From Phoronis australis (Eukaryota > Animalia > Phoronida), in NCBI GenBank assembly GCA_002633005.1, contig NMRA01000444.1, forward strand, positions 99,456 to 163,455: DNA of 64,000 bases, read 5' to 3'. Positions within the stretch are counted from its first letter, which is position 1. The number at the start of each line of letters is the position of its first letter. The position numbers were made by a program, and so were the translations under genes. The notes beneath the pieces were generated by a model, which was not told the origin of the DNA, searched no databases, and saw only the letters and a list, made by a program, of their open reading frames with translations. Shown here piece after piece: positions 59,301 to 64,000 of this stretch.

Positions 59301-60149
59301 TGTTATCTATGACACAATCTTTATCATAGACATATTGTAGTTTAACACGCTTGATAACTTCTTTTACAAGAGTTACATATTCCGAATTATTCAAGAGAGA
59401 ATTATTAAATTTCCAAAATGTTTTTTTCTTCTTTGGAACACAAAATTTAAATGATAAGGTTACCATCGAGTGATCTGTTCTATAACCAGTTTCAATTCTG
59501 GCTTCGTCGAACCCCGCCCGTAAATCTTCAGAAATCAGAAAAAAATCTAGACGGGAACGCTTAATGCCAGATCGCCACGTAAATTCAGCACTACTAGGAT
59601 TTAACTCGCGCTAGGCATCAAAGAGAGAAAATTCGGAACAGATTTCCAAAACCATATCTTTTGATTTTGGATTATTTACATGACGATAATAGTGAATATC
59701 AACCACTTGATTTAAAACTAAATTAAAATCACCCGTCCAAATAATCGGATGATTAGCAAAGTCACCAATCCTTTGGGATACTCGCTCAAAGAAATCGGGA
59801 TTGTCTTTATTTAGACCATAAGTATTCTCTATCGTTACAATTCTATCATTTACAGCTATATTGAGTAATAGCATATTGCCATTTTCATCTGTTTTTTTAG
59901 TAAAATCTTGAATTCGAAACTATTATTCAACAAAATTACCACACCCCTGGAATTACACTTGTATGAGCTAAAAAACATTCGTATCCCCACGTTGACCTGA
60001 TAAATTTCTCGTTTTTCTGCAGAAAGTGAGTATCTTGCAGACAATAAATTGAGTATTTTTTGTTTAAGAAAGTTAAAAACATCTCTTCGTTTTTCATGGT
60101 GACCCAAACCTTGACAGTTTAAAGTCGCAATTTTTATGTGCTCGGACAT
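56400..60149 (-). pseudogene. LINE ORF2: APE endonuclease - reverse transcriptase - CCHC zinc finger, many frameshifts
   Basis: IATLNCQGL, SRGVVIL, GDFN, RLDFFL, DHS (endonuclease); GSDGFTIEFFK, DFEKAFDS, RQGDPLSPYLF, QYADDT (RT); CSFCGQSKETLKHLFWEC. Confidence 0.95.
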
Positions 60150-60345
60150 AATGGTACTTCAAATGAACTAATGAGTGGGCCCTCATGATCAGCACCAGTT
60201 AAACTAAGTGACCTATTACATAACATGGAATCGGCCGTGAGGATTATACTTTCACGCACTCATGCACACACACACCCAACAAAGAAAGTAAACAGCGCAC
60301 GACAAAACATAACACGAGGGCTAGTGCACCCTCCGACTTCTCCTA

Positions 60346-61337
60346 CAGCCGATTTCATAAAGGTGGTTTAACAAAACCAGGTTTTAGACTTAAACCTGGT
60401 CTTCCTAAACCTGGCCTAATTTTAGACCTGACTTGCATTTTACCAACATGGGCCCGGTCTCCAATCTCCGTACTCAGACTCGAATCATGCTCAAACTCAC
60501 ACTTCATACTCAACTCGAGTACAGACTCAGCTTTGGTGTATTCAATGTCATACTCGAAAAATCTGTACTCGAAATTTCGAGCACGTACTCAATTTTCGAG
60601 TATACTCGAAGCGAAGTGTATTTCATCCATATTTCGAGTACGATTTTGAGTAAAAATTCCGAGTATATGCTCTAAATTTCAAGTTTGGTATGGCAGTGTG
60701 CTTGAAATCGTACTCGAAAATAAATACGAGCCAGAGAACAAAATATCGAAAGGGAACCAAGAAACACAGCAAATNACTCCAGCAAGTACTGGTCTACGCA
60801 TAGGCGGATCCACGGGGGTCAAGGGGTCCGGAGCCCCCTTTTTCCTTGATTTTAGTGATACCAAATCTATAATTTTCAAGTTGTTGACTTGCCCCCCCTT
60901 TCAAAAAGTCCTTGACCGTCCCCCCTCATTAAAAAATCCTGGATCCGCCCCTGCTACGTTTTATCTTGTGTCATAGTAAAACTGAATAGTGAAAATAGTT
61001 CATTTTCGCTCTAAAACTGCATTGCAAATGCTCTCCGCGGCATCAGTCAGTTGTACCTATACCATACAAGTCTGACATATTTAACAGTTAAACCTGGGTC
61101 TGACCAAGTCTAAAGTTAAACATGGTTTAAGATCTTAATACAGGTCTAAAGAATATAGACCTCGTTGGTGAAATGAAAACTGACTTAGACCAGGTCTAAA
61201 CTGGAGTTAAACCAGGTTTTACTAGACCACTGGTCTAAAAGTTAAACCATCTTTATGAAATGCAGATTATCTTTAAACCTGGTCTAAGTCCAGTTTAAAC
61301 CAGGTTTAACTTTAAACCACCTTTATGAAATTGGCTG
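60346..61337. mobile_element. PIF/Harbinger-like MITE with 3-bp TSD (CTA) in the LINE inter-ORF region, with further nested inserts
   Basis: CTA|CAGCCGATTTCATAAAGGTGGTTTAA ... TTAAACCACCTTTATGAAATTGGCTG|CTA. Contains an ACTCGA-rich MITE from 60450 and a GGCGGATCC element at ~60800-60953. Confidence 0.88.
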
Positions 61338-61383
61338 CTAGTGTCCTTCCACAAGCATTTGATAAAAAACTTCAGTCTGTAAA

Positions 61384-63040
61384 TTATATTGCGCCCGCCA
61401 TAGCCTTCAAACGTGCATGAAAAAAGAAACCTCGGGCAAAAAAAAACAAAGAAAACATCACAATACAAAATCCCTCCAAATCCTTCGGGTCCTTCACTTG
61501 GTGAATATAATCAGTCTTGTCTTTCAAATAAATGTGTCCGTCTCTGGTCCAGTAACTGTTAATCTGGGGTCCTAGATCTCTGACTGCCTTGAAAAGCACG
61601 GTTCTCTTCTGCGTAAGACTCTGTCACGTTTTCCCCGTGTGTGGGTGGGCGCAGGTTGTTACAGACCGGTGCTAATAGCTTTCGGTGCGACGATTGACTG
61701 AAGATTGGTTCGAGTTAATCCTTTATTAATCCCGACCGTACGTTCACAAGCCTACTCAAACAAAACGTCGGACATAATGTCTGTTTATGCTCCAGCCAGT
61801 GCTGCGAAGCCTTGACTTGTGTTGAATTTCTGAGATACTTCCAGCAGCTGTTACACTCGTTGATTCAATAACCTGCTGTCTCTATAGCTGGCTCTCTTCA
61901 CTGCAACTCAACTGTAGTTCTCCTGATTAAATTTCTTGAACTTACTTGATCTTCTCTTGATCTCCCGACTTGATCTTCTCGTGAACTGACTTGATCTGAC
62001 TGACACAAACTCGTGCTAGTGTATTTATAGCCTAATGCATTGTTCTGGAACTTCAATTCAAGCAGATTCTAGAACTTTCCTGAACCTACCCAATCATTCT
62101 ACAAACATATACTAGTCTCTAGAATATTCGAGTCTGCATTAATCACTGTCATGCTAGAGTCTTCTAGAAAGTTCCACACTATACTGTAGTAAACAAATTA
62201 CATCATCACTGTTCTGACCTCAGTCTTCTAGAAAGTTCCACACTATTTTGTAGTAAACAAATTACATCATCACTGTACTTAACTCAGGGGTCATGCCAAT
62301 CAAACAGAATAACAAAACAAAACAATGCAACTAAAAATACTGTCAGACCATATTCTGACAGACTCTCATTGATGAAAATGCTAGGCCTACCCGCATCTCC
62401 TGATCGCAGCATTCTTCTGTTCCGGATAAACTCTGAACGGGCATTATATGTTGGTAATTTTACAATAGGACAAGGCTTCTGGCCCTGGGGGTTGACTTTA
62501 CCCATTCTGTGCGAGCGGCTCAGTAATGTCCGATCTTTGGATGTTTACGTTCATCTTGGTCGCCAGGTCTATGACAATATCATTGTGCATTCACCCTGAG
62601 TTTCGCTTTTCCCCGATATAAACACGTTAATTTCGGCGACTGTACTGTTGTTGGTCGTCAAACTCTCTTTCCAGGTTCGAAAATTTCTTCTGCATTTGAG
62701 TTTTCAGATCATTTAGCTCAGAATTCAAAGCCGCAATCTCACGGTCACTCTCTCGTAACTCATCCACAAATTTCATCTTTATACCCTTGGCTAAGTCATT
62801 CAATTTCTCATCAATCCACGTTTGATACATATTCTTAAACATTGCTGGACGTCAGGATCAAGAAAAGCTGCCTTCAAGTCATTCCTAATAGAGTCACCCT
62901 CCGTAGCCGGCCATACCTTTTGCTGACTCCAAAGTTTCCTCTAAAGTTGGTTGCTTTAAACCAGTATTTCCAGCCGATTCTCTGAGTTGTGTGGTGTCCT
63001 TGCTCGGCTGACGCTTACGTGACGGTGTCTGCTTGCTCAT
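61384..63040 (-). pseudogene. LINE ORF1 interrupted by a solo LTR
   Basis: MSKQTPSRKRQ... coiled coil ...DDQQQYSRRN ... PSIFINESL|LTR|TQKRTVLFKAVR...YWTRDGHIYLK. Confidence 0.88.
61622..62360 (-). mobile_element. Solo LTR (739 bp) with 5-bp TSD
   Basis: GACTC|TGTCA ... TGACA|GACTC; on -, TATAAATA near 62025 precedes AATAAA near 61725; internal ~64-bp direct repeat at ~62158-62277. Confidence 0.92.
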
Positions 63041-64000
63041 TTCGGCGAAAACTTACAGTATCGGAGGGCTCACTCGCAGCAAGTACAAAACGTGTCCGTC
63101 CTCCATGACAGGTCGACCGGAAGTTGAGAGATGATTTTTTGACAATTTGAAGCTAATCTTGTAAGAAATGACAATACTTCAATGAACTTAATTGCAAGCC
63201 GACTTTGGGAAAACTTGATCTATCATCAGATCCCCAAATATAAAAGTACACTAAACGATTTTTGTTTATCTGAAATAAGTCTCAAGGAAATTAATGAATT
63301 TTGGACAACTCAACAATGAGTCCTAAAATGTTCTCACAATTCAAATGACAATAAATTGTTTATTGGCTTAGGAACTAGACTGCTGAGTTTAAGTTTACAA
63401 ACTGAAGATCGAAAACGAAGTTTAAGTACTTAAATAAATAAAATCAAACTTATCGGTCATCAACTTGGAAAGGTTGTCCTTGAACTTCGTTGATGTTTTT
63501 GGTTTCCAATGGTATTGCGCAATGAATTTTTGTTCTACAAAACTGAATCGTTGCTTGCATTTCCCGTGCACACTACACACACGGCATGCGTGCACCCAGC
63601 CTAAAATATAGGGGGACTCGAATTTTGAAGATGTGGATATTTTACTTAAAAAAACGAATACTGGGTTCGTCTAGGGCTATCGGAACTGTGCATACGCCGA
63701 ATCCTGTCGTTTTAGTGGACTTTTGTCTCATTTTTCTCGGGCTTTTTGTTTCGCTGAGGCAGACATTTTTGCTCACTTTGCCATCGAGCCCCCCGAGCNC
63801 CCCCTAGGTGCGTGCATGCACGGAGCACGTGATGACAGGCACACCCACGTTAAAAATAAGGTGTAACCATGCAGTAGGTCCTGCGAACGGTTTAGGAGCT
63901 ATAGCCATAGGAGGCGCCACAGTAGCCGAAGTCATCGAAAAATCATCGTCATCCGTCCACTTCATAGTAAGAACACACATGCCAATTTTCGCAATCATCC

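Larger units (their letters stand above)
56251..63123 (-). mobile_element. Full-length decayed L1/Tx1-clade LINE with 12-bp TSD
   Basis: TSD TTGAGAGATGAT at 56239-56250 and 63124-63135; ORF1 from ATG 63040, ORF2 from ATG 60149; inserted into a diverged ~360-bp tandem repeat (from ~55840, resuming at 63124). Confidence 0.93.

Overview
This is AT-rich, intron-containing animal genomic DNA, probably from a marine invertebrate; the species cannot be assigned from the sequence. Most short ORFs in the track are noise or exon fragments. The main gene is a minus-strand mosaic extracellular protein that I traced by hand through 18 GT-AG exons (41975 to 8416, about 1520 codons, 5' end not resolved). 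Its domain order is SRCR x5 - C-type lectin - SRCR x2 - CUB - PAN/Apple x2 - fibrinogen-N-like/unknown region - EGF - PAN, and it needs a 16-nt micro-exon to stay in frame. A complete class A GPCR (7TM region in one exon) lies antisense inside a 7.3-kb intron that splits SRCR5. The rest is mobile DNA. There are two TTAA-type Kolobok-like THAP elements, one also carrying a convergent P2X7-ballast/KolX-like ORF. A full-length decayed L1/Tx1-type LINE with a 12-bp TSD carries a solo LTR and nested MITEs. A 5'-truncated LINE with a 14-bp TSD, a hAT transposase relic, several MITEs, a SINE and minisatellites are also present. All family assignments come from motif recognition only; no searches were run.
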